A DNA stretch of 64,000 nucleotides from an uncultured Pseudomonadota bacterium (GCA_963770835.1 CAVYRH010000003.1:128001-192000), one strand, 5' to 3'. Counted from the first letter of the stretch, positions 9,876-19,329 are shown. A program made the numbers and translations. Notes: generated from the letters alone by a model not told the origin.

Positions 9876-10438
9876 AAAACTTGCCAGAAAACCCCAGGCT
9901 TTTAAGCCTGGGGATGAATGGCTGCCCGGAGGCCCGACAGGTTTTTTGTCGGGCCGCAGGCCATAAAATATGGCATGCTTTGGTCATGTCAAAATACTGG
10001 GTAGGGGCACACACCAAGCACCGTCTGCAATTTCATCTCGTTTGGATACCGAAGTACCGGAAGCGAGTCTTGGATAGCAAAATAGCCGTCCGCCTGCAGG
10101 AGCTGTTTAAAGAGGCGGCCCAAGTAAACCGATGGGAAATCCACGAGTTAAATATTCAACGAGATCACGTGCATATGCTGATCCAGGTTGAGCCAAGGGT
10201 GAGTGTAGCCAAAGTAGTACAGATTCTAAAAGGTGGGACAAGTATCAAGATAAGGGAAGAATTTCCAGCTTTGCAGGAGTTCCTTTGGGGCGATAGTTTT
10301 TGGGCGGACGGGTATTTTGCGGAAAGTATAGGTACGGTGCAGGAAGAAATGATTCGCAAGTATATCCGGGAGCAACAGCATGACCAAAGTATGCTGAAAG
10401 GCTGAAACCCCGGGCTTTAGCCCGGGGAGTAGCTTCAT
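9876..10438 (+). mobile_element. IS200/IS605-family element, tnpA only (563 bp)
   Basis: Subterminal hairpins 9892-9913 and 10408-10427; inserted 3' of TTAT; right end TCAT; no TSD. Confidence 0.9.
9986..10405 (+). CDS. tnpA: IS200/IS605 Y1 (HUH) transposase
   Basis: HLVWIPKYRK, DHVH (HUH), LKGGTS, FWADGYF, catalytic Y in YIREQ. Confidence 0.95.
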   Translation: MSKYWVGAHTKHRLQFHLVWIPKYRKRVLDSKIAVRLQELFKEAAQVNRWEIHELNIQRDHVHMLIQVEPRVSVAKVVQILKGGTSIKIREEFPALQEFLWGDSFWADGYFAESIGTVQEEMIRKYIREQQHDQSMLKG

Positions 10439-11201
10439 TCTTTGATTTCTTTATTAAGCGACTTAATTAAACATTCTCACTTAATTACTCGTGAAAATAT
10501 TTTCTTATCAGAGGGCCGTGAATACGATATTGAAAAAGCTAAAGAAGCATTTTTTAAAAAAACAGCAGATAATTCAGGCGATTTTGAAGCCCATATAATT
10601 CAACCCGATGAAGATTATATGGGTAGTAAAAAAAGACATGAAGAATTTGATTTTCTTGGCGGTGTTAAACCCCAAGATAGAAAACCCGACGATTCAATTA
10701 AAAAAGGCCTTTTGGAAAATTTGAAAAAACGGATTATTGAGACATCTCAAAAAATAAAAATCTATTCTAACAAATTTCTTGCACATCCCGCGACTCCGGA
10801 AAGTCGCCAGATAGTGGAAATCGATCCGCTTTTATGGAATGATATTTTTAATGCCCAAAAGTTATTTACTCAAATAGTTTGTTTTTTAAGTTCTCATCTC
10901 TTCAAAACTTCCATCACTTCCTTTATTCCGGTCGTGCCGTCTAATAAATTAGAATTCTTGGAACGCCCATTGGTATTAGAAAAAGACTTAGTGAAAGTTA
11001 ACGAAATGTGGGGCCAAATCGAAATTGAATCAAAAAAATGGAAAGACTGGAATAATTCTGAATTTTTAAAAGGTCTCTAAAAATTTAAAAAAATCTGAAA
11101 AATCCCATTAATCAACTCTTGTGTTATCATACGGCTCTTCTTAAAGGCCCCTTTAGGGGCTTTTTTATTATCCAGGGGGATCATCGTGGCGGAAATGGTT
11201 G

Positions 11202-11690
11202 ATGCCCATGAATAGACTTCATCTGTATCTGGACACGACAATTTGGAATTTTCCCTTTGTGGAAGACGCACCCGACAAGCGAGAGGATACGCTGGAGTTT
11301 TTTAGGCTGATTCGCTGGGGCCGGCATGAAGTTTACTATTCCGAGGTAGTGCAAGAGGAGATCGAAAGAGCTCCGCGGGTTCGACGGGATCACATCATGA
11401 AACTTTGGGCGGAAGTTTCCCCGAAACCTCTTTTGAATACAATGGCGATGCAAAGATTGGCCGGGGAATATATTAAGTTGGGGGTTTTTCCGGTAAAATC
11501 AAAAGCGGATGCCCTTCATGCCGCGTGCGCTACGGTGCATAGGATGGATGCTTTGGTGAGTTGGAATTTCAAACATTTGGCGAACCTCGGGCGAAGGGCA
11601 AAGGTAAATATCGTGAACATAAAGTTGGGATATAATCATCCTTTGGAATTGGTTACGCCTTTGGAGGTGATGGGCGATGAAAAAGATTAA
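11202..11690 (+). CDS. PIN-domain ribonuclease (VapC-like toxin)
   Basis: LYLDTT, SEVVQEEI, ADALH, LVSWNFKHL. Confidence 0.85.
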   Translation: MPMNRLHLYLDTTIWNFPFVEDAPDKREDTLEFFRLIRWGRHEVYYSEVVQEEIERAPRVRRDHIMKLWAEVSPKPLLNTMAMQRLAGEYIKLGVFPVKSKADALHAACATVHRMDALVSWNFKHLANLGRRAKVNIVNIKLGYNHPLELVTPLEVMGDEKD

Positions 11691-11859
11691 ATACAAGGAA
11701 CCCGAAGGCGTGCTGGAAGTAAGGGAATGGAAGCAGGAGGTTTCGGAAGAAATCGCGAAATACGGTTGGGACGGATTTCACCGTAAGGCGGCCAAGACCG
11801 CCAAGGAATTCGACAGGCGGGTCAAGGAACTGCGCCGCTCAAAATCCGCGAAAACCTAA
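11677..11859 (+). CDS. Small charged protein, putative antitoxin partner of the PIN toxin
   Basis: 60 aa, overlaps the PIN stop, EVREWK helix; role inferred from position. Confidence 0.55.
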   Translation: MKKIKYKEPEGVLEVREWKQEVSEEIAKYGWDGFHRKAAKTAKEFDRRVKELRRSKSAKT

Positions 11860-11942
11860 TGACTTCTTCAATCTAAGGTTTTGCCAAAAGCTTGTGTTTT
11901 GGTATGATACGGCTCCTTTTAGGGGCCTTTTTCATTTTTGAC

Positions 11943-12095
11943 GTCATTGCGAGGAATGCCCGGCGAATAGCCGGGCGAAAATGACGAAGCAACCCCAGTC
12001 TAAATAAAATTCCAGACTTTGGGAAAAGGCTTATTAAAACTGAGGTTGCCACGTCGTAAACGATCGCCTGTTCGGCGATCACTCCTTGCAATGAC
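11943..12095. repeat. GTCATTGC...GCAATGAC palindromic (RPE-like) element, full copy
   Basis: Terminal IR GTCATTGC/GCAATGAC, inner GCAACC/GGTTGC pair and two side hairpins. Confidence 0.85.
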
Positions 12096-12117
12096 AGCGA
12101 TAAGGTAAGGGATTTCA

Positions 12118-13908
12118 ATGAGTGAAATGCTAGGCGGCTGGAAAAGATCACATAAGTGCGGCGACCTTCGGGCCGCCGACATCGGGAAGACTGTGACCCT
12201 GATGGGCTGGGTGCACCACCGCCGGGACCACGGCGGGCTGGTGTTCGTGGACCTGCGCGACCGCTATGGCGTGACCCAGGTCGTGTTCGACCCCCAATTG
12301 GCCGACAAGGTCCACAAGCAATCCCACCTGATCCGCAGCGAATGGGTTTTGGCGATCAAGGGTGAGGTGGCCAAGCGCCCTGAGGGGACCATCAACCCAA
12401 AGATCGCCACCGGTGAGATTGAAATCCGCTGCTCCGAAGTGAAGGTTTTGAACGAATCCCAAACCCCGGTGTTTCCCATTGAGGACGACGTGGATGTGGC
12501 CGAGGAAACCCGGATGGAATACCGGTATCTTGACCTGCGCCGGGAATCCATGAAAAACAAGCTGATCGCCCGCCATAAGATGGCGATGGCCGCCCGCAAT
12601 TACATGAGCGAAGAGGGCTTCCTGGAAATTGAGACCCCTATCCTCATCAAGAACACCCCCGAAGGTTCCCGCGAGTACGTGGTGCCGAGCCGGGTCAATC
12701 CCGGCAAGTTTTTCGTGCTTCCCCAGAGCCCCCAGCAATTAAAGCAGACCTGCATGATCGCCGGCTTGGACAAGTATTTCCAAATCGCCAAGTGCTTCCG
12801 GGACGAGGACCTCCGCGCCGACCGCCAACCTGAATTCACCCAGATTGATATCGAAATGTCCTTCATCGATGAGGAAGACATCTACCGGGTGGGGGAAGGG
12901 CTGATGAAGGCCATTTTCAAGGGAGCGCTAGGCGAGGATTTGAAAATCCCATTCCAGCGTTTAACTTATGACGAAGCGGTCGAGCGTTACGGCAACGACA
13001 AGCCTGACCTGCGTTTCGACCTGCCGCTGGTGAACGTCAGCGTCATCGCCGCCAAGTCCGACTTCAAGGTGTTCAAGGATGTGATCGCCCGGGGCGATAT
13101 CGTGAAGGCGCTCAACGCCAAGGGCTGCGCCGAATTTTCCCGCAAAGACCTGGAGGACCTCACGGGTTTCGTCGGTAAGTATGGGGCAAAGGGTATGGCT
13201 TGGTTCAAGGTGAAGGACGGCAAGCTCGACTCCAATATCGTCAAATACTTCCAGCCGGAGGTTCAGGCTGAATTTCTCAAGGCTTTAAAGGCCGAAGAAG
13301 GGGATTTGCTTCTTTTTGGCGCTGATCAGGCTTCCATCGTGAATGATTCCATGGGGGCCTTACGGGTGGAAATCGCCAGCCGGAAGGGTTTGATTGAAAA
13401 GGGGACAAAATGGGCTTTCGCCTGGGTGACGGATTTTCCGATGTTCGGAAAAGACGAGAAGGGACGGCTTTTTTCCATGAACCATCCCTTTACCGCGCCC
13501 CGAGAAAAGGACATGCCCCTTTTAGACAGCGACCCGACCCAGGTGACAGCCCGGGCTTATGACATGGTTTTGAACGGTTTTGAATTGGGAAGCGGGACGA
13601 TCCGTATCCATGATTCGGCTTTGCAATCCAAAATATTCAGCCTGCTGGATATTTCGAAGGAAAAAGCCCAGGAACGTTTCGGCTTCCTGCTCAAGGCCCT
13701 CACTTACGGCGCGCCGCCCCATGGTGGCATGGCCGTTGGGTTGGACCGTATCGCCATGCTATTAACCGGCGCCCCCAATATCCGGGACGTTATCGCCTTC
13801 CCGAAGACAGCCAAAGCCACCGACTTGATGACCGGTTCGCCCTCCGAAATCGACGCCGAATTGATGAAGGAACTGAAGATCAAGATCGAATTGGAAGATC
13901 TAACTTAA
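12118..13908 (+). CDS. aspS: Aspartate--tRNA ligase, probably non-discriminating (Asp/Asn)
   Basis: RRDHGG, YRYLDLR, LPQSPQ, CFRDEDLRADRQPEFTQ, GAPPHGG. Confidence 0.97.
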   Translation: MSEMLGGWKRSHKCGDLRAADIGKTVTLMGWVHHRRDHGGLVFVDLRDRYGVTQVVFDPQLADKVHKQSHLIRSEWVLAIKGEVAKRPEGTINPKIATGEIEIRCSEVKVLNESQTPVFPIEDDVDVAEETRMEYRYLDLRRESMKNKLIARHKMAMAARNYMSEEGFLEIETPILIKNTPEGSREYVVPSRVNPGKFFVLPQSPQQLKQTCMIAGLDKYFQIAKCFRDEDLRADRQPEFTQIDIEMSFIDEEDIYRVGEGLMKAIFKGALGEDLKIPFQRLTYDEAVERYGNDKPDLRFDLPLVNVSVIAAKSDFKVFKDVIARGDIVKALNAKGCAEFSRKDLEDLTGFVGKYGAKGMAWFKVKDGKLDSNIVKYFQPEVQAEFLKALKAEEGDLLLFGADQASIVNDSMGALRVEIASRKGLIEKGTKWAFAWVTDFPMFGKDEKGRLFSMNHPFTAPREKDMPLLDSDPTQVTARAYDMVLNGFELGSGTIRIHDSALQSKIFSLLDISKEKAQERFGFLLKALTYGAPPHGGMAVGLDRIAMLLTGAPNIRDVIAFPKTAKATDLMTGSPSEIDAELMKELKIKIELEDLT

Positions 13909-13921
13909 AACTTAAATTGCT

Positions 13922-13986
13922 GTCATTGCGAGGAATGCCCGCCGGATAGGCGGGCGTTGATGACGAAGCAACCCCAGTTTAAATAA
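13922..13986. repeat. Left half of the GTCATTGC element
   Basis: 65-bp direct repeat of 11943-12007; no right half follows. Confidence 0.85.
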
Positions 13987-14025
13987 GCATTTACGACTAT
14001 TACTAATAAGCAGGATGAGAAAAAT

Positions 14026-14838
14026 ATGACCGTTGTTTTAGGAATCGACGCTGCCTGGACTGAGAAGGAACCCAGCGGCGTGGCCTTAATCCGTGGCAAT
14101 GGTTCAAACTGGCGGTGTGTGGCCGTCACCCCCAGCTATGAAAGCTTCTTATCCCTTGCCAATGGGATGCCGGTTGATTGGACCCAAAAGCCGGCGGGAA
14201 GCCAGCCGAATGTGGAAGCTCTATTAGAGGCGTCTCAAAAACTCCTGCGCGGTGCGGAGGTCAATGTGGTGGCTGTGGATATGCCCCTCTCCAAAAAGCG
14301 CATCCGGGGCCGTCGTGAGGCAGATAAACAAATTTCAAGGAAATTTGGAAAGTATAACTGCTCTGTTCATTCCCCTAGTGAAGAGCGTCCAGGGAAAATA
14401 ACTGATCTTATGCGCAAGGAATTTGAAAAACATAAGTTCTCCCTCGCTACAAAAGCGACTAAAAATAGAAAACATCAAACTCTCTTGGAAGTCTATCCCC
14501 ATACCGCATTATTGAAACTCTTCAACGACCCTAAACCAGATCGGGTTAAATACAAGGTATCCAAAGCGGCGAAGTATTGGCGCTCTTACTCACAGGAAGA
14601 AAGACGTCGAAAGATCCTAAAAAATTGGGAAAAAATACTGAAACTGTTGGGCTCAACTATCAAGGAAATTAAAATTCACCCCAATGGGGAAAGCCTCGGA
14701 GGACTTAAGCGCTATGAGGATGCGATCGACGCCTTGATTTGCGCGTGGGTCGGGATCGAATATATTGCCGAGCGAGCGATTCCTTATGGTGACGAAACCG
14801 CCGCGATTTGGACGCCTAAACTATCAAACCAAACTTAG
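14026..14838 (+). CDS. DUF429 family predicted nuclease (RNase H-like fold)
   Basis: LGIDAAW, VAVDMPL, LEVYPH, DAIDALICAW. Confidence 0.8.
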   Translation: MTVVLGIDAAWTEKEPSGVALIRGNGSNWRCVAVTPSYESFLSLANGMPVDWTQKPAGSQPNVEALLEASQKLLRGAEVNVVAVDMPLSKKRIRGRREADKQISRKFGKYNCSVHSPSEERPGKITDLMRKEFEKHKFSLATKATKNRKHQTLLEVYPHTALLKLFNDPKPDRVKYKVSKAAKYWRSYSQEERRRKILKNWEKILKLLGSTIKEIKIHPNGESLGGLKRYEDAIDALICAWVGIEYIAERAIPYGDETAAIWTPKLSNQT

Positions 14839-17007
14839 CCTGAACAGTTCACAGAAGTAAGCAGTTTTCGGGTTTTTGAATTCCTTCGGTAGCCAGCCTT
14901 CTTTCATCAACCTCTTCCCGGATAATTTCAGTTCTTCGCACTGAATTCCGTAGGTTTGATCCGCCTTTAACCCTTTCAACCTTAACCCTTCCACCCTTTC
15001 CCTTTTTCCGGGCCGTTTTACCTGGAATACGAAAACCAGGGCCTCCCTTTGGTCGGGGCTCACGAACATCCAGGAAGCGCGGTTGGATTGATAAGGGTTC
15101 TCTAAACGGTAGAAATCGCCGAATTGGACGATGGGGCGGATTTCCTTATAGAGCCGGATATAATCCGCCAGTTCCTTGATCTCGGCCGGTTTCCACTTCG
15201 TAATGTCCGCTTCCACCCCGAAGTTGCCCGACATGGCCACCAGGCAGCGCCACTTGAGGGGTAGGGAGCGGTGGGTTTGGTGGTTGGGCACGCTGGAGAC
15301 GTGGGCCCCGGTGACGATGGGGGGATAACAGAAACTGGTGGTGTACTGAATGAAGAGGCGGTCCAGGCCGTCGGTGTTGTCGGAAGCCCAAATCTGGGGG
15401 TGGTAGCTCAAGAGCCCCAGGTCGAACCGGGCCCCGCCGCCCGCGCAGCCCTCGAAAAGCACCCTGGGGAAGCGGCTGTTGAAGCGGTCCATGAGCTCGT
15501 AAACGCCCATCATGTAGCGGTGGTAAAGCTCCCTTTGCCGGGAGGGCGGCAGGATTTCGTTGCCCACCTCCGAAAGGGACCGGTTCATGTCCCATTTCAC
15601 ATAATCCACCCGGGCATCCTCCAGAACTTTCCCGATAGTTTCAAACAGGTAATTCCTGATTTCCGGGCGGCTCATATCCAGGACCAGCTGGCTGCGGGCC
15701 GTGCGGCGTTCCCGGCCCTTCACATGCAGGCACCAATCGGGGTGTTTTTTGTAAAGAAGGCTCTTGGGCGAGACCATCTCAGGCTCGATCCAGAGGCCGA
15801 ACTTCATTCCCAAACCGTGGATGTCGTCGGAAAGGGCCCTTAGTCCGTGGGGAAGCTTCTTGCGGTCGACGGTCCAGTCGCCCAGGGAAGTGGTGTCGTC
15901 GTCCCTCCGCCCAAACCAGCCGTCGTCCAGCACCATCAGTTCGAGGCCCGCCTTCTCGCCGGCCCTTGCGATTTTGAGGATGCGGTCGTGGTTGAACTTG
16001 AAGTAAGTGGCTTCCCAGTTATTGATGAGCATGGGCCGGGGCTTTTGCGCCCAGTGTCCCCGGACCACCCGTTCGCGGACGAAACGGTGGTAATTAAGGC
16101 TGAGCCTGGAAAAACCATTGGGGGAATAGGTCATGACGCATTCGGGGGTCGTAAGGCTTTCCCCCGGCCCTAGGCGCCATTGGAAGTCAAAATCGTTCAG
16201 GCCGGCGTTCAGCCGGAGGCCGCCGGTCCTGAAAAGCTCGGCCTCCATGAGCCAATTGCCGCTGTAGGCCAGGGCGAACCCATAAACCTCCCCTTTTTCC
16301 TCGTCCACTTCGCCCCGGGTGACCATTGCGAAGGGATTCATTTCGTGGGAGGAAATGCCCCGGCGGCTTTCCAGGCGGGTAATGCCTTGTTGCAAGGCCC
16401 CTTCTTCCATGCGGCGCTCGTGAGCCCAGGCGCCCGGAAAACGGATGAGGCGGTAAGGGCCGGGAGTCAAGTCCATACTGGCGCTCATCAACTTGAGGAT
16501 ATGAAAAGGTTTGGCCCCTTTGTTCCTCAAGATGGCCCGGCGCACCAAGATGTCCCTATGGGGATAGAGCGTGTAGTAAAGCTCCATCTCTTGCTTTGCA
16601 AGTTTGTCCACCAGCTTGATTTTGAGGGTTTGGGCCCCATCGCTGTTTTCCACACGGGAAGAAGGGCCGGGGCCGAAACCGGGTTTGCCGTCCGTAATTT
16701 CGTGGGAGGTGTAGAGAAACTCGCTGATGCGGGAACCATCGGCCTGTTCCACCCGGTAGGCGGGGGCCCGCAAGTCATTGTGGCCGAAGTCGGGAAACTC
16801 CCGAAACTGGAATTCCCGTGAGATATGGTGGCCCGTTTCCACGGCCCTTTTTTTCCAATCGGTGATGAGCTTTTGCGATCCGGCGGGGGAGAAGGGCCGG
16901 CCCCAATAGAGATGGTGGAGGTCGCCCATGGGCGAAACGCCCAAAAGGTAGGTGAAACCGTCAGATTTCAGCACGAAAGATTTTTGGCCCGGATGAAAGG
17001 TGATCAT
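14824..17007 (-). CDS. Alpha-galactosidase, GH36
   Basis: NNWEATYF, LDDGWFG, FGLWIEPEM, YVKWDMNR, GCAGGGARFD, WASDNTD. Confidence 0.95.
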   Translation of the reverse strand: MITFHPGQKSFVLKSDGFTYLLGVSPMGDLHHLYWGRPFSPAGSQKLITDWKKRAVETGHHISREFQFREFPDFGHNDLRAPAYRVEQADGSRISEFLYTSHEITDGKPGFGPGPSSRVENSDGAQTLKIKLVDKLAKQEMELYYTLYPHRDILVRRAILRNKGAKPFHILKLMSASMDLTPGPYRLIRFPGAWAHERRMEEGALQQGITRLESRRGISSHEMNPFAMVTRGEVDEEKGEVYGFALAYSGNWLMEAELFRTGGLRLNAGLNDFDFQWRLGPGESLTTPECVMTYSPNGFSRLSLNYHRFVRERVVRGHWAQKPRPMLINNWEATYFKFNHDRILKIARAGEKAGLELMVLDDGWFGRRDDDTTSLGDWTVDRKKLPHGLRALSDDIHGLGMKFGLWIEPEMVSPKSLLYKKHPDWCLHVKGRERRTARSQLVLDMSRPEIRNYLFETIGKVLEDARVDYVKWDMNRSLSEVGNEILPPSRQRELYHRYMMGVYELMDRFNSRFPRVLFEGCAGGGARFDLGLLSYHPQIWASDNTDGLDRLFIQYTTSFCYPPIVTGAHVSSVPNHQTHRSLPLKWRCLVAMSGNFGVEADITKWKPAEIKELADYIRLYKEIRPIVQFGDFYRLENPYQSNRASWMFVSPDQREALVFVFQVKRPGKRERVEGLRLKGLKADQTYGIQCEELKLSGKRLMKEGWLPKEFKNPKTAYFCELFRLSLV

Positions 17008-17243
17008 GTCGGCTGATTTTAACAGTTGAACCGATCCCGGGAGGAACTCTTTTAAAGACGCCGCCTTTCATTCCTGGCCAAGGCCGGGAATGAAAGGCAA
17101 CCGTGCCGAAGGCACGGCAAGGGAAGCTAGGTCTTCGTGGAGCCCCGGGTTTGCGCGGGGCTCCACCCTTGGGCCTGGAATCTTCGCGTTTGAGGGGTTC
17201 TCCTTTTGGTAATGCATCAGTTTGAAAAGAAAATGTTACTCCA

Positions 17244-17329
17244 CCCTCACCCCGCCCTCTCCCCTCAAGGGAGAGGGGGAAACACCAATAAAAACCCTCG
17301 CCCCTTGGGGGAGAGGGTAGGGTGAGGGG
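17244..17329. repeat. CCCTCACCC element, copy 2
   Basis: Same double-hairpin sequence family as 6302-6384. Confidence 0.9.
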
Positions 17330-17484
17330 TGCCTTAAGGTTGCCCAACTCAAAATGAGTCACTACCCTTCTTTTGTACGCCTTGACGGGCCCCTTAAATG
17401 TTTTCATAATGTTTTTGCGAGTGGCTGAAACCACCCATTCGATAAACTCAGTGCCTTAGGGGATCGAGGCGAAAGGGGCTATCG

Positions 17485-18048
17485 GTGACGGATTATAAAA
17501 AGTTTTTTCTGATGACGGTTTTAATCTCAGGTTTCATCTCCGGCGGTTGCGCGACAAACAAACGCATTGAAGGCAATGAGATCCCGGAACAGCCCCAAAC
17601 CAACGACAACACGGTTCCCGCCCAAGTCGAGGCACCCCCGGAGCCGCCGGCCACTGCCCCCACGACGGAAGCACCCCCCGCTCCTCCGGAAGCCCCGCCC
17701 GCCCCGCCTGAAGAAGTCCAGGCACCTCCAACCGAAGCGCCGACGACTCCCCCGGCCCCGCCTGCGGCAAACCCCTGCAACAAATATATCGTGGTCAGGG
17801 GGGATACCCTTTGGGATATTTCAGGGTCCAGCAACGGCTATAAAGATAACTTCGAATGGCCCCTCATCTTCAAAGCCAACCGGGACCAGATTACGGACCC
17901 GGACTTGATCTATCCCAAACAGGAATTTTGTATCCGGCAGGATTTCAGCGAGCAGGACATCAAAAAGGCCCGGAAGGACGCCATTGACACGCCCAAGTAT
18001 GTGCCGCATACCAAGCCCCGCGAGACCCTGCCGATTGATTATTTTTGA
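17485..18048 (+). CDS. LysM peptidoglycan-binding lipoprotein with Pro-rich linker
   Basis: Lipobox-like ISGGC, YIVVRGDTLWDIS, WPLIFKANRDQITDPDLIYP. Confidence 0.85.
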   Translation: MTDYKKFFLMTVLISGFISGGCATNKRIEGNEIPEQPQTNDNTVPAQVEAPPEPPATAPTTEAPPAPPEAPPAPPEEVQAPPTEAPTTPPAPPAANPCNKYIVVRGDTLWDISGSSNGYKDNFEWPLIFKANRDQITDPDLIYPKQEFCIRQDFSEQDIKKARKDAIDTPKYVPHTKPRETLPIDYF

Positions 18049-18087
18049 GATGAAACGGGGCTTCGAGCCCCCTATGGATGGACAAAC

Positions 18088-18130
18088 CGCTCCCTTTTCT
18101 TATCTTTATGAGAAAAGGGAGCTTTTTTTT
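18088..18130 (+). terminator. Intrinsic terminator after the LysM gene
   Basis: GCTCCCTTTTCT..AGAAAAGGGAGC followed by T8. Confidence 0.75.
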
Positions 18131-18218
18131 ACTTAGTTTTTACAAGTCCAGTTAAGCCTCTGTTAAAACAGCGGCACGAATTTTTGGTAGTGTCTTTACT
18201 CAAAGAAAACCCATTTCA

Positions 18219-18303
18219 CCCTCACCCCGCCCTCTCCCCTCAAGGGAGAGGGGAAGAACCCGGGAAAACCCTCGCCCCTTGCGGGAGAGGGTAGGGTGAG
18301 GGG
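18219..18303. repeat. CCCTCACCC element, copy 3
   Basis: Direct repeat of 17244-17329. Confidence 0.9.
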
Positions 18304-18327
18304 TGATTTAAGTGACTCTATTTTCAA

Positions 18328-19329
18328 TTGGAGGAACTATTGGCACAGGCCGTTAGCCGCCGGATTACTTTGGAGGACCATCAGGAATGCCTCCGTCTTT
18401 TCGGGGAAAAAGATGAAACCCTGAAACTCTTGAGGGATTCCTTCGCGGTGACGCTGGTGGCCCGGGGGAACGAAATCATCCTTTCGGGGGAGCCCTTGGA
18501 GGTTTCCCATGCCAGCCAGGTGATCGAGCGGCTTCGAGCCCTGATGAAGAACGGGAACGAGGGTTACATTCCGTCGGGGGCGGTCCGAAAAATGGTCGCC
18601 GAGACCAAGGGAGGCAAAAAAGAGGAGGAGGAAGGGGAAATCCACGAGACGATCCTCATCTCCTCCCACAAAAAGCCTATTCACGCCCGCTCGGCCAACC
18701 AGCAAAAATACGTGGAGGCGATCCGGAACAGCGACATCGTCTTCGGCATCGGCCCGGCCGGCACGGGAAAGACCTACCTGGCCATGGCCATGGCGGTGGC
18801 CGCCTTGCGTGAGAGCGAGGTGGAGCGCATGATCCTGACCCGCCCGGCGGTCGAGGCGGGGGAGAAACTTGGGTTTTTGCCGGGGGATTTGCAGGAAAAG
18901 GTGGACCCCTACCTGCGCCCGCTTTATGACGCCCTTTACGACATGGTGGAATACGAGAAATTGCAGCGGCTTTTCCAACAGCGGGTGGTGGAAGTGGCGC
19001 CGCTGGCTTATATGCGGGGCCGGACCCTTTCCAACGCTTTCATCATCCTGGATGAGGCGCAAAACACCAGTCCGGAGCAGATGAAGATGTTCCTGACCCG
19101 CATGGGCACCAACTCCAAGATCGTGGTGACGGGGGACGTGACCCAGATCGACCTGCCCTTGGGAAAGAGTTCGGGACTCATCGAGGTCCAAAACATTCTC
19201 TCCAAGGTAAAGGGAGTTGAGTTCATCCTTTTCAGCCCCAAGGACGTAGTGCGTCACCGGTTGGTCCAGAATATCCTGGAGGCTTATCACGACCACGAAG
19301 CGGAAAAAAAGGCAAATAAAAAAATTTGA
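18328..19329 (+). CDS. phoH: PhoH-family ATPase
   Basis: GPAGTGKT, RPAVEAGEKLGFLPG, MRGRT, DEAQN. Confidence 0.95.
   Translation: MEELLAQAVSRRITLEDHQECLRLFGEKDETLKLLRDSFAVTLVARGNEIILSGEPLEVSHASQVIERLRALMKNGNEGYIPSGAVRKMVAETKGGKKEEEEGEIHETILISSHKKPIHARSANQQKYVEAIRNSDIVFGIGPAGTGKTYLAMAMAVAALRESEVERMILTRPAVEAGEKLGFLPGDLQEKVDPYLRPLYDALYDMVEYEKLQRLFQQRVVEVAPLAYMRGRTLSNAFIILDEAQNTSPEQMKMFLTRMGTNSKIVVTGDVTQIDLPLGKSSGLIEVQNILSKVKGVEFILFSPKDVVRHRLVQNILEAYHDHEAEKKANKKI

Larger units (their letters stand above)
9570..11080 (+). pseudogene. AT-rich HEPN/AbiU2-like protein (about 315 aa reconstructed) interrupted by an IS200/IS605 element
   Basis: 9570-9875 joins in frame with 10439-11080 giving IRRLVD...KDVY|SLISLLSDL; NKFLAH motif; family assignment from motif resemblance. 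Confidence 0.6.

Noticed and set aside
11860..12117. T-box leader for aspS (or hisS)
   Set aside because: No T-box GGTGGNACC antiterminator motif; the structure is explained by the palindromic element
16961..17434. 157-aa minus-strand ORF
   Set aside because: Made of translated palindromic repeats (PLTLPSP..GEG); no protein-like signal
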